This document shows positions 1-11,639 of a DNA stretch of 64,000 nt, piece after piece (position 1 is the stretch's first letter; the number at the start of each line of letters is the position of its first letter). The position numbers were made by a program, and so were the translations under genes. Source of the stretch: Eledone cirrhosa (Eukaryota); contig OZ024741.1 in NCBI GenBank assembly GCA_964016885.1, positions 56,978,001 through 57,042,000 on the forward strand. Direction: 5' to 3'. Below the pieces are notes generated by a model that was not told the origin of the DNA, did no database searches, and saw nothing but the letters and a program-made list of their open reading frames with translations.

Positions 1-185
1 CATAAGCGCTACTCTGTTAGATGGAAAAATATCACTGTACATACTAGTTAGGTTACCTTTAGTTGTTGCTTTGAAAGCACAAGGAAGATTCTGCCCTTTT
101 ATGGATACAGAAATAGGCACCGTTCAGCCTCGCCCGCTCTTGATTTGTAACAATACAAGCGAAATCATTCCTCACAGTTGCTACC

Positions 186-221
186 ATGTCACTCAAAACA
201 AAACTTCCCCTATTAAATTTG
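186..221 (+). other. Candidate short coding exon of an unidentified host gene (MSLKTKLPLLNL)
   Basis: GCTACC-ATG context at 186, 12 open codons, then donor TTG|GTGAGT at 222; possible acceptor TTCCTCACAG at 168-177. No homology support and no downstream exon found. Confidence 0.25.
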
Positions 222-711
222 GTGAGTTTACTTCGTTTGTCAAACTGTCCTATGGCTGGTGTTGCTCTTGTTGCAGCTACTACTGTTGCTGTCGTTATTG
301 TCGTTCATAGTATCATTCAAATTGTTCGAATTCGTGTTTTTAAACGTTAAAATATTATTTTCTTCGTATAGATCTTGCTGCGAAATTAGTTTTGCTCTTT
401 TAATTTTTTTGTTTGTTCTCGGTGTATATATACCCTATTTTTTCGCAGGGGGTCGTTTCTCTGCAAAAAAACCATCTTGAGTTAGATGTAAACAAAACAG
501 AACAATACAATTATACCCCAGACAATTTATCTTCCCCGTTGTGGAATTAGACGTTCAAAGCATTCCAGGTGGTTCCCTGTTGAAAATTTTCCAAAAATTG
601 TAATATATTCTATTCAGCTTTACTAGGTAAAATGTTCAAAAGCCCTGGAAAGTTTTGTAATACAACTACATACAGCAGCAGAAGCAACTACAAAAACAAC
701 AACAATTATAA

Positions 712-855
712 TAATGGTTTCTAATTTAGGCGCAAGGCCAATAATTTTGGGGGAGGGGAACGTAGATTGAATCGACCCCAGTGTGTTACCGGTATTTTAT
801 TTTATCGAGCTCCTAAGGATGAAAGACAAAGTTAACCTTGACGGGATTTGAATTT
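712..855 (-). mobile_element. tRNA-derived SINE family A (Meta-domain-like body), partial
   Basis: Matches other copies: ...ATCGACCCC...AAGGATGAAAG.CAAAGTT.ACC..G.CGGGATTTGAA; AAT-rich tail. Confidence 0.8.
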
Positions 856-889
856 ACAGTTTGAAATACTACAAGACAATACTACGATC

Positions 890-968
<79 letters not shown>
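890..968. repeat. (AGT)n microsatellite followed by a GGA-rich tract
   Basis: Directly visible. Confidence 0.97.
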
Positions 969-970
<2 letters not shown>

Positions 971-2339
971 AGGAGGAGGGGAGAAGGAGGGGGAGAAGGA
1001 GGAGGAGGATGTCATGTTGAAATATTCTGTAAATCACTAGAGGTCGCCATGTTGGTTGATTAGTGTTGAAATTTCACATAGAAAAATATTTAAATTAGAA
1101 ATAATCCCTTCATGGTGAGTTGAGTTTTGGCTTTCTGAACTATTGAACTATTGATGTCTGTATTTTAGCTTGGTGCATTGCGAATTCTCTAATTAATATT
1201 TTAATAACATTTATAACACACTGTCATCTAAAACAAACAAATAATAATAATAGTTCCTCTGAGTTATTTATTGAAATTTTAACCGATTTTGCGCTAATTT
1301 ATACCACTTCGTTGGATCACAGGGAGAGCTTTATTCTTTCATTGAAATATTTGCACAAAAATAAATACGTGCATGTTCTTGACTAGTGGAAATGGTGGTT
1401 GACTCGTGATCATACGGTTGCAATTTCGATTTCCAGACCAGAAAAAGAAGTGAAGACTGGAAAAGAAGTGGGGTTTCTATTAATAAAGCACCGCGTACCC
1501 TTCTATGGGGTGCAATCTTATAGGAGGTCAGCTAAACATGCATTGGCGTGACCTGTAAATGTCATTTAAAAAAATAACTGCGGCTCTTTTATTGCAATGG
1601 GCAATATCCTTGCGGACTGGAATCCACGAAGCGTCTTCGATTATTTGCTGTAGCCAGTTTCGCTTTATCTTAAACATGACTCTGGCAAAGAAACTGACTT
1701 TACAAAAACCCCATTCTAAACCCGTACTAAGATTATTAGCATAGTGCTTGGTCAATAGTTGGAGATGCCTATAACGAAACATATTCCTTGATAGAGTACT
1801 AAAATGTTGCAGATAACTTTCAACAGAAAATTCAGAAATCAACCTCGGAGAATATCCTAACTCCAACACGAGCCACGCGGAGGCACAGAAACCTCATCTC
1901 CGAAGTTCCCAACGGATTCCATAATAATGGATGTTTCATCCGAAATATATTGGGACTAATGAATATTTCCAAAATAACATTATCTCAGATTCTTGTTTTT
2001 CTTCCTCTTCTCCACTCGACTTCACTTCTCTCGTTCCTCATCCGATTATGTTACCTCAATATTTACAACCCACATGCATTGTAGCGGATTCCGAGATATA
2101 ACTACATTTCATAACACATATTGCTTCAAGCAAATTACAACATTCTTTTTATGTGTGTGTGTGTGTGCGCGTGCGCGTGGGGGCGGGGTGCATGTGTGTG
2201 CATGTGTACGTGCGTACATGTGTGTGTGTATCCGTTGATTTTAATGAATAGAAGAACGAAAGTACGCAATACAACAATATAGAGCAATAGTTTATTTAAG
2301 TTGATCCAGTAGGCTGATACTCTTGAATTTCCTCTTCTA

Positions 2340-3010
2340 TTTTTAGCATTTCCCCACCATTTTCGGTATTTATGGCCTAGAGTAAAGTGAAGATCTTGGA
2401 AGGCTAGTAATGTTCTACCTAGATTGTTGTTCACATTAAGGGTGAATGGTGGTGCGACCTATACGACGTCTTTATGTCTATGTTTTTTTTATTTCTAGAT
2501 GTAGGGCGGTAAATAAATACCGACAGATATTCAATCGCCATACAATGAAACTAGGGTACTCTTGTACCAGTAACACTAAAGCCCACATCACCGGAAAACG
2601 TAAAATCCTCCACCTTACGGATGCTCATACAAAAGGCCAGAGACGTGCCTACGAGATCAGCAATACAACACACCAGCTGTGATATATCAAGCAGAAGTGA
2701 CCTCCACCAACCAGAACCACCAAACTGAAGACTGGACTTGTGTAGGAATGTCCGAGAGCAGTTCAAAAGCCACTATCAGAACCATGAAAAAGCCTTCAGA
2801 CATCCTGACAAAAACATGCCACCCAGCTTGCGAACCATGTATGGAACCTCAAAAATAACGACATACCATTTTCCATTAAATGAAGTATATTGGAAAATTC
2901 CACCCACTATGTTAATAGGAGGAAATTTTGCCGGCTATGTAACTCGGAAAAGTGGAATATATTCTCGCAACTGACTTCAGGGAAACACTGCTTAAATACC
3001 CGCCTCGACT
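2340..3010. mobile_element. Decayed Penelope-like element 3' part, with an inverted 5' piece
   Basis: Plus strand gives NKYRQIFNRHTMKLGYSC and FKSHYQNHEKAFRHPDK; minus strand 2360-2452 gives PPFTLNVNNNLGRTLLAFQDLHFTLGHKYR. Both align to the PLE proteins at 41-43 kb and 49 kb. Confidence 0.75.
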
Positions 3011-3124
3011 GCTTTAATCAGGAGGTAGCCATTTTTATTCTATATAACAGGTTAAATGAGTTGGGGTGTATAACCCAGCGAAACTTAAGTACCTGTATAT
3101 ATCAGATGTCAGTGTTGTGAGTAA

Positions 3125-3238
3125 TTATACATATATATATAAACTAGACAACTGCATAAAAAAAACATATATATACACATACACACTCCCACAAACATAC
3201 ACATATACATTCTATATAAATATGTGTATAGATATATA

Positions 3239-3300
<62 letters not shown>

Positions 3301-3303
3301 TAC

Positions 3304-3346
<43 letters not shown>

Positions 3347-3404
3347 CACACACTCGCGCGCGCACACATATCTGTGTGCGTATGTATATATATATATGTA
3401 TATA

Positions 3405-3451
<47 letters not shown>

Positions 3452-3500
3452 GCACACACATATTTATATACAATGTATACATGTATGTGTTAGTGGGTGT
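3125..3500. repeat. Compound (TA)n/(TG)n microsatellite
   Basis: Directly visible. Confidence 0.95.
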
Positions 3501-3774
3501 GTTTATGTGTGCATACTTATATTTGTATGCAGTTGTCTAGTTTCTAACAGGAGCAATATTGTGTAATTGTGTAATTAGGTTTGAAAATTAAATCGAAGTA
3601 TGATTGAGGCTCCAGAATGATTAACTAAATCGTTTACTTTTCATTAACTGTCTGATAGAATTTTCCTGAAACCTAATTCATACAATTTACTTTAAGCAAG
3701 CAATATTTCTCTTCTGTTTATCTTACATCGTAGTTATTTATAGAAAAGCTGTTGTTGTTAGATCTCCGCAGTTA

Positions 3775-4065
3775 TCGACGACAAATACTTCGGTTGATTC
3801 AATCAACGGAATTGCCTGCTCATGAAATTAACGAGTGGCTGAACATTCCACAGGCAAGTGCAACTTTAATGTAGTTCTCAGGGAGATTCAGTGTGACGCA
3901 ATGTGTGACAAGGCTGCTCCCTTCAATTTACAGATAAAACTTAATTTTGTCAGCCATGTGAACAAGAGTAATGTGAAATAAAACGTCTTTCCCGGTGCGG
4001 GAAGAGCATTCACAACCTTACGATCGTGAACAAAGCACCATAACTACTAAGCCACATGCCTTCAC
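3775..4065 (-). mobile_element. tRNA-derived SINE family B, decayed
   Basis: Minus strand starts GTGAAGGCATGTGGCTTAGTAGTT (A-box-like) ... CACGATCGTAAGGTTGTGAAT; homologous head at 27900-27982. Confidence 0.7.
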
Positions 4066-4227
4066 AATATAAACGTATGTAAATAGATATAGAACTTTAA
4101 TGGGGGGTCTCTGTGTTTCCAATAAATGGATTGGAAATAAATGTTATTATTGTAATCACATCAAATATATTATTGATAACAAAGAATCAGCCAGAATAAA
4201 CAATATCACCATTAGCTATAAAAATGA

Positions 4228-4450
4228 TAATGGTTTCTGATATAGACACAAGCCTAACAATTTTGTGGGGAGGGAAAAGTCGATTAAATCGACCCCTGTG
4301 CATTACTGGTGCTTTAATTTAGCGACCCCGTAAGGATGAAAGGCAAACCGAACCTCTGCGGGATTTGAACTCAGGACGTAAAGGACAATAACTCTATACT
4401 GAAGAGCATTTGGTGTCTGACGCTCTACCGATAATGCCAATCCGCCACCC
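4228..4450 (-). mobile_element. SINE family A, full length
   Basis: A box TGGCATTATCGG, B box GAGTTCAAATC, body GCCTTTCATCCTTACGGGGTCG. Confidence 0.88.

Positions 4451-4499
<49 letters not shown>
4451..4499. repeat. (AAT)n tract at the 3' end of the Tx1 element
   Basis: Directly visible. Confidence 0.97.
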
Positions 4500-4501
<2 letters not shown>

Positions 4502-4761
4502 TTTCTTTATTAACCACAAGGGTTTACATAAAGTAGACATTAAGGACAGTGCAGGACAATGCAGGACGGTACAAATGGGCATTTCTGCGTGTAAAAAAAC
4601 AAAAACAGAGGATGTAACAAAAATAACGATGAAAATAACAATGAAAAATTCCCCAATAGGGGGGAGACTTCGGAGGGACATTTGTGGAGAAAGCCCAGTA
4701 AAAAGCCACAATGACCCTGACCACCAAGGCAAGTGCCCTCTCCCAGTTTTCCACCTTTAGT

Positions 4762-7700
4762 TTACAGATATATACTCAGAGTCGGCCCATTCACTCGGGC
4801 CATTCTTGCTTCTCTCACCCATCTTTCAACAAAATGCTGGGAAGAGAGCACTTCCTTCTCTACTCTGATTTTCCTTTTCAAATGAAATTTGAAAAAGTCA
4901 ATCAGAGCATCACCGAAGAGGTAAGTGCTCGTCTTCAGCCCTTTCAAACGTGTCCACCATACTATCTCTTTCGCCATGGCCACCAGACAGATAAAAACTG
5001 CCTGCCCTTCCCGGCTAAAGGAGGAGGGCGGGGCAATCCTCACGATAGACTCAGATGATAGCTGGATCCGTCCTAAACGCGACAGCAGGTGTTCGACATA
5101 AACCCACAAGTCAGCAATTTTCGGACACTGGACGAGTGCGTGCAGGACGGTTTCGTCGCCCTGCGCGCATCTCGGACATGCCCGGCTGACGGCACCTCCA
5201 TGCCTGTAGAGTTTATCCCGAACTGGCAAGGCTCCTCGGTAGCACTGCCAGGCCAGAGATTTCTGGAAGTTGTCCATAGGCCCTGGCCCGAAAGTTCTTC
5301 CGAAGAGATTGGCTAGTTGATTTTCGTCGACGCCTAGAGTTTCCCCAAGTACGTCGTCGCTCTTCCCCTCCACTAATCCTCTATAGAACGCCGAGGTGGA
5401 GTTTCCACCGATCACATTGCCCGATTGGTCGAGGGCTGTGAGCGCCTGAAGACATTCCAGTCTCCAGGCGCTCCCTCTCGGTCTTCGCTTGACCCAGGAC
5501 TGCAGCTCCGTCAAGGAAACGAGCTGGGGAAAAACGCGTCTAGCAAACGGCGACCACACCTGATCACCGTCGAGGAAGAGGTGGAGATGTCGTAGCCTGA
5601 GCGCGTGCCTGCGCATCATCAGCCACGGCATGCCCAGCCCTCCACGTAGCGGGTGTTGACAACAGATGGACCGCCTGACCATCGGAGCACGTCCCTTCCA
5701 CAAAAAGCGAAAGAGCAAACGCTCCAGCGCAGTCAGGCGAGGCTTAGGACAAGGTACGACGGTTAGGCGGTAGCAGATGACAGACGCGATGTACGCGTTA
5801 GCCACCTCCGCTCTACCTTTCAGGGATAGCTTCCTCTCCGCCCATTTCTGGGTGAGAGAAGCCACCCTGCTCGTCACCTCGTCCCAGTTTTTGTCCGTCT
5901 GGAGGTCCGGACCGAACCAGACCCCTAGCAATTTAACCGGTCCGTCCGTCCAGCGCCCGACGACGCTGTTGGACGGCATGGACCTGCCTCTCCAGGTGCC
6001 GAGCTGCAGGCCCACTGACTTTTCCTGGTTGATCATTGCTCCTGTCACCGCTTCGTATTCTCTTAGTGTAGTGCCGATCGCCTCGATGTGTTTGGCGTTC
6101 GACACCACTACGGTGACATCGTCCGCATATGCTGACACGGATCTTCCGCATCCTAGTTCGCGCGGGACTCCCCTCAACGTCTCCAGTTTGTGCAGTAATG
6201 GCTCGAGAGTCAATACGTACAAGAGGGACGAGAGGGGACATCCTTGGCGGACCGAGCGCATGATGTTGAACGGTTCCGACAGGTGACCGTTCACTCTCAC
6301 CACAGAGCAGATGTCGCTGTGCATGGCAGCGATCCAGCCTCTGAAGACGGGCCCAAAGCCAGCCGCCCTCAGGACTGCCGCTAGGTAACGATGGTCGACC
6401 CTATCGAAAGCTTTCGACTGATCTAAATTGATCAAGGACCCACCCGTGCCAGGTTCCCTAGCTACCCTCTCTACGATGTATCGCATGAGGTGGAGGTTGT
6501 CGTGGATGGATCTGTCGGGAATGGCGCATGTCTGCGCCTCTCCCACCAGACCACCAACGACAAGCGCCAACCTCTTTGCTAGCACCTTGGCCAAAATCTT
6601 AAACTCTGTGTTTAGCAGAGTTATGGGCCGGAAATTTTCTATGTTATCCCCCTTGTTCGGATCCTTTCTCAGCAGTGCCACCGCTCCTCGGCTCACAGAA
6701 CTGGGAATTCTCCCGTTCTGTTGCCAGTTGCAGTAGACGTCCGCCAAGAGGCCTCCGAACAAGTCTGGCATCTGTACGTAAAGTTCATAGGGCAGACCAT
6801 CCAAACCAGGCGATTTACCCCTTGTGCAGCCAGTCATTGCCTCCCTTACTTCAGCGGCTGTTATCGGCTTTTCGCAACACTTCGCCTCAGTGGCCGAGAG
6901 CCGCGGCAGTCCGTCGAGGTAGACACTAAAGTCCATCCCTCTACCCGGCCCACCGCTTCCCCCGAATAGCTGAGCGAAGTGTCGCTGAAAAGCTTCACAC
7001 ATTTTCCCGGGATCGAGTAGCATGCGCCCGTCGTGGTCCACCAAAGACCGGATCGTGGCTTTGTTGCCACGACGCGCCTCCGCCACTCGGGCCCATTGAA
7101 CGGCTTTCGTCCCCTCGTGTCTGAGAGCACGCACCCTAGCTCTGACAACGCAGCCTTCGTGCTTTGCATTGAAGAATTGGTCAAGGGCCAATTTCGCCGC
7201 AAGCACGTCGGTCGCAATGCCTTTGCTAAGCGCCTCGTCTAATTTTCTAACTAATTCTCCCTCTGCTCTATTTTTCTCTATTGCTAAAGCCTTACTAAAC
7301 CTAATCGATTCTATTCTAATCGCTCTTTTCAGAGCAAACCACCACTTGTTGTTGACGATGGCCCCCGTCAACGCCCGCTTAACTAGTTCGCTAATCCGGT
7401 CTCTGTAGGCCTTGCGCGCTGGTAAGGACGCGTTTAGCTTCCAGTAGCCGGGTCCTCGTCTATGAAGCCTATCTAAGTCAAGCACACAGGTCACGAATTT
7501 GTGGTCCGTGTAGCTGACTATCTTGAATTGTGGACAGCCTAGACCTATCTATTTCCCTACAAAATACTCTATCTAGATATGATCTGGATGACCCTATGCG
7601 GCTTGTCCAAGTCCACATTGGTACATTCGGGAAATCCAATCGGTACCTGTCAGACAGTTCAAAACGCCTGAGCAGGTTGGTGAGGCTCTTGCACCCTCCA

Positions 7701-8176
7701 CCCCTATCCGCTAATCCCACACAGTCCCAGCGTGCATCTAAGATCCCGTTCCAGTCGCCCACTAACACTAAAGAGCGGGACGTTCCAAGAAAGGTCTCCA
7801 GACGCCGGAAGAAATCAGACCACCCTGCTCCTGTCGGGGTATAGACGGCCACTAGCCTGAAAGCTTGCCCGTCTCCGCTGGTCACGTCCAGCACCACCAA
7901 CTTACCCTCTGGGTCCAGGAAGATGGCCCGTATGGCGAGATCCAAACCTCTCCGAAAAAGCACAGCAACTCCTCCACCCGATCCAGAACGGCTGGGAGAT
8001 GCGTACACATCGTAGCCGCCGAAGATCGGTGCGAAGGCCCGTGCTTCGGAGATTCTGGTCTCGCTGATGGCCACTACATCTATGTTTAGTGACCTGAGGT
8101 CGTTGAGCAGGTGACCCTGCTTCCATGACAACCCCAAGCCACGCGCATTTATGCTGCCTATTCTGAGTGAGGTCAT
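4762..8176 (-). CDS. Tx1 ORF2: AP endonuclease + reverse transcriptase + CCHC; one frameshift near 7540
   Basis: APE motifs GSINARGL, ISET, VGDWN, SYLDRV, YTDH; RT motifs KSPGLDG, FRPITLLN, LDQSKAFD, VRQGCPLS, AYADD; C-terminal CPRCAQGDETVLHALVQC. Confidence 0.93.
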
Positions 8177-8211
8177 GTTTAAAATAGAGTGGAAAAGATG
8201 GGAAAGACCAC

Positions 8212-10303
8212 TTACCGTACTTTTCGTAGAGGAGGGATGGTTTTTCCATCCCTTTTCACTTGATCATCTGGTGAAGGGACCGTTGAATCGTCCCTTCGGC
8301 TGGTCGTCGGCTCTTCTATGAGTATGTCCGAATATACTCTTCGGTTGAGTGCCCCTCCTAGGTCTCTGAAATCACCAACTGCGTTGGGGAATTTCGTTTT
8401 AATGTTTGTATATTGTTTCTGTGCTATTTTTAGCAGTCTTATGTTAGTTGGCGTTTTGATTGGTGCTGGTATTATGTAGTCCTGTTGTGAAATGTCTGTG
8501 TGTTCAATTATGTAAGTCATTAGTTTCTTGTTGTATGTATTTATTGCCGTGCATTTGTTTTTCTGGGGGTGGGGTGTGGTTCTGCTATATTCTTGTCGTT
8601 GTTGCTGGGTGTGTGTGTTTTGTTGTTGTGTTTGCGATGTTGGTGCTTGTGGTGGTGGTGTTGAAGGTGTTGTTGGCGGTGGGGTTGTCGCCGGTGGTGA
8701 TGGTGGTGCTAGTGTGGGTGGTGATGGTGTTGGTGGTGTTGCTGCTGTGAGTCTCTTTGCAGTAGCCTTTACCCTTTTTTCATTTCTTTCCTCCCTTTTC
8801 AAAGGCGACGATGCGCTGCTTCTGCGTTTGTGCCTTCTTACGACCTTTTGCCATCCCTCTCCCACCTCACACTCCATGTCTGATTCTGTGAGGTCGGGGA
8901 GGGGTACCAGCTCCACTCTTTCACTCGTTGTTGTTGGTGATGTTTGCACTGGAGTCTCTGTTGCAGCTGCATTTGGTATTGCTGTTGTTGTTGTTAATAC
9001 TTCCACTGCTGCTGCTGTTTTTGATTTCCGTGGCGTGGGTATGGGTGCCACGGACCTATCGTTCCTGGTTGCCGCTTGTCCTGTTGCTGGTAGCCGTAGA
9101 GCCGGTTTCGGAAGGAGGGGGGTTTTCTCCTTTCTCAGGGTCTTCTCGTTGCAGAAGGCCCTGAGGTGAGTCTTCGATCCACAGCGAAAGCATTTCGGGC
9201 GTTTGCCCTCAACACTTATGGGCAGTTGAGTGCCGTTATCGAAGTCTATCACATCCGGGATAGCTTCGATGCACTCCTGGTTGGTTTGGATTAACATCTC
9301 AATGGAGGTGCCGACTCAATCTTCTCTTACTTTTTTCTGTACTTGCAGTACAGTTGTTTTGTCCTCGATTCCGACGAGGACAGACGCTGCCAGCCAAGAA
9401 GGAGCCATCCGGGGGGGACGTGGGTCAGTTTGACCCTCACAATTTTTTGCCCGCAGTAGGAGGGCACCAACACCATTTCCTCGCTCCTTAGGGTCACTAA
9501 GGATTGATCCTTTGCCTCCTGGGGTGTGGCAAAAAGTACGTCTACGGTGGCATATTTCTTGCCTCGGGTGATGTGCGTTTTCCGCTGCCACACAGACCCC
9601 AAGGCTTTTTGTATTTGAGCCTTTGTGGCTCTTTCAACCCTACGGGATTTTGTACTTACTGTACGGTACGTGACCGTACAGTGCTGTTGGGTTTGTAAAA
9701 ATTTTTCCGCTGCCTTGCAGATTGCTCGGTGTCCAGTTTTTGTCACCATCTTCTTCGCTTCCTCTAATTCCTCATTTGTTATGAGGATGGTTTCCAGGTT
9801 CTTTGCGATACCTGCAAACAAGATTGGTTTTTCTTTGCTGCTGTTGTTGTTGTTGTTGTTGTCGTCGTCAGAGCTGCTGTTACTTTTGTTGTTGCTGCAG
9901 TTACTACGACTACTGCCGTCGCCGCTGTTGCTGTGGTTGTTGTTGTTGTTGCTGCTGCTAATGCTGTTGTTGTTTATGCTGCTGCTGATGCTGTTGCGGC
10001 TGCTACTGTTGTTTTCATTGTCACTGTTGCTGTTGTTATTACGGCTGCTACTGCTATTATTCCTGACGTCAGACGAATGAAATGGGTTTTCGTATTTCCC
10101 GCACACCTGTATCGTCGTTGTCGTCGTCGTCGTGGAGAAATCTTGGACGCTTTGCACGAGACTTTTCTTTTCTGTCGTCGCTTGCGAAAGAGAAGGGAGG
10201 GAGAGAGACACATTTAAAGAAGTGACACTGCTGTAATGACGATTGAGGAAGAAGAAGACGGAATGAGTGGGAGTGACCTATAAAAATTCTTTTTCGTAGC
10301 CAT
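8212..10303 (-). pseudogene. Tx1 ORF1 (gag-like nucleic-acid-binding protein), disrupted
   Basis: CFRCGSKTHLRAFC = CX2CX4HX4C. Likely ATG at 10303; frameshifts near 10215 and 9415, TGA at 9316-9318; N/S-rich and P/T-rich low-complexity tracts. Confidence 0.8.
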
Positions 10304-10518
10304 GTTGTTTTTTTGTTTAAAATAAATATTGGGCACAAAACCCCAATAAGCAGTTATTTAACCCCGAAGGGCCAAATAACGGGCAGAAAGACCCCTCTCA
10401 CGAGGAGGAGGGTGTTTTTGTCTACAAGTTGGTTAAAGTTTTAAACAATTTACAATTGTTATAGCGGTCAAAATTTACAATACCTTACAGAGCCGAGCCT
10501 CCGTCAACCATAGCATTC

Positions 10519-10563
<45 letters not shown>
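10519..10563. repeat. (AAT)n tract at the 5' end of the Tx1 element
   Basis: Directly visible. Confidence 0.97.
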
Positions 10564-10565
<2 letters not shown>

Positions 10566-11076
10566 GCACATGGTGGATAGAATGTTATGGAATCGCTCCC
10601 GTAAGTTTTTGATTTTTTACATATTTAAAACTATTGTGATAGAATAATTCTTATTACAAATGGGACATAAGGCACCTATCTTAACTCTCAGGAAGTGACA
10701 ACATATAACACTCTGGCATATGGCTCAAATATTTAATTTTGTATCAGAAATTTTATAGTAAAAAAAGAAAATGGCTACAAATGGTCACAAATGGAAGAAA
10801 ACAACAGCCAAATAATTTCACCACACCGCCGCCACCACCACAACTACTACAAAATTTAGCTAGAGACAAACCAACAGCAACAACAACACCATCACTACAG
10901 TACTACTACCTCACCACCATCGTCACCACTCCATCATCGCTACCACCACTATTCCCTCACTACCTCCTGGAGACGGAAGGTAGTAGTAGTGCCTAGAAAG
11001 GAGATAGCTACCAATAGCTACCAAAAGATATAAATAAACTGATTTAGTGACCCGGCCAAACATAGCCAACAACACC

Positions 11077-11317
11077 ATAATAATAATTGTTTCTACCATT
11101 GGCACAAAGCCAGCAAATACCCAGTACATTACTGGTACTTTATTTCATCCTTAATAATAATTATTGCCGTTGTATCTCTAAACTCTCAAAATGTTTAGTT
11201 TAAACGATGTCAAATAATAATTGTTTCTACTTTTGGCACAAGGCCAGCAATTACCCAGTACATTACTGGTACTTTATTTTATCGACCCCGTAATGATGAA
11301 AGACAAAGTTAACCTCC
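11077..11317 (-). mobile_element. Two 5'-truncated SINE family A 3' ends (11077-11150, 11214-11317)
   Basis: AATAATTGTTTCTAC..TTGGCACAA.GCCAGCAA.TACCCAGTACATTACTGGTACTTTATTT occurs twice. Confidence 0.8.
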
Positions 11318-11639
11318 AAGAAAAACAAATTTCAAAAATTTTGAACGCAACACCCCCCTACCTCCCTGGTTGCTATGACTACGAGCTTAGCGTAGCTGAA
11401 ATCAAAAACAGCAGCAGCAGCAACAACAACACTAGTAACCGATGCTACTGGCCTTGAAAAAACAAAAAGAAACAAAAATCAGACATTCAAACATTACAAT
11501 GAAACTTATGTTTATTTTTTTATGTTTTGATTTATTTATTTATTTATTTTCGTCTACAACGTGGTGCCACGCTAAAATCACCGGTGGTGATGAAATCACC
11601 GGTGGTTATGTAACCATACATTTATCATTCCTCGATATG

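Larger units (their letters stand above)
4500..10518 (-). mobile_element. Near-full-length L1/Tx1-clade non-LTR retrotransposon
   Basis: 5'UTR, ORF1 with CCHC knuckle, ORF2 APE-RT-zinc knuckle, 3'UTR with AATAAA; (AAT)n on both sides. Confidence 0.95.

Noticed and set aside
1528-1869. 113-aa minus-strand ORF
   Set aside because: No ATG start and no recognisable motif; left unassigned, though a homology search might place it.
3066-3566. ORFs of YIYI, CVCV, HTHT, MYVC type here and throughout the window
   Set aside because: They are translations of stop-free microsatellites, not genes.
5089-10217. Plus-strand ORFs over the Tx1 element, including Leu/Val-rich 8528-9169 and 9625-10080
   Set aside because: Antisense shadows of GC-rich or low-complexity LINE coding sequence.
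11580-11606. CACCGGTG palindrome repeated twice
   Set aside because: Too short; a simple local duplication.
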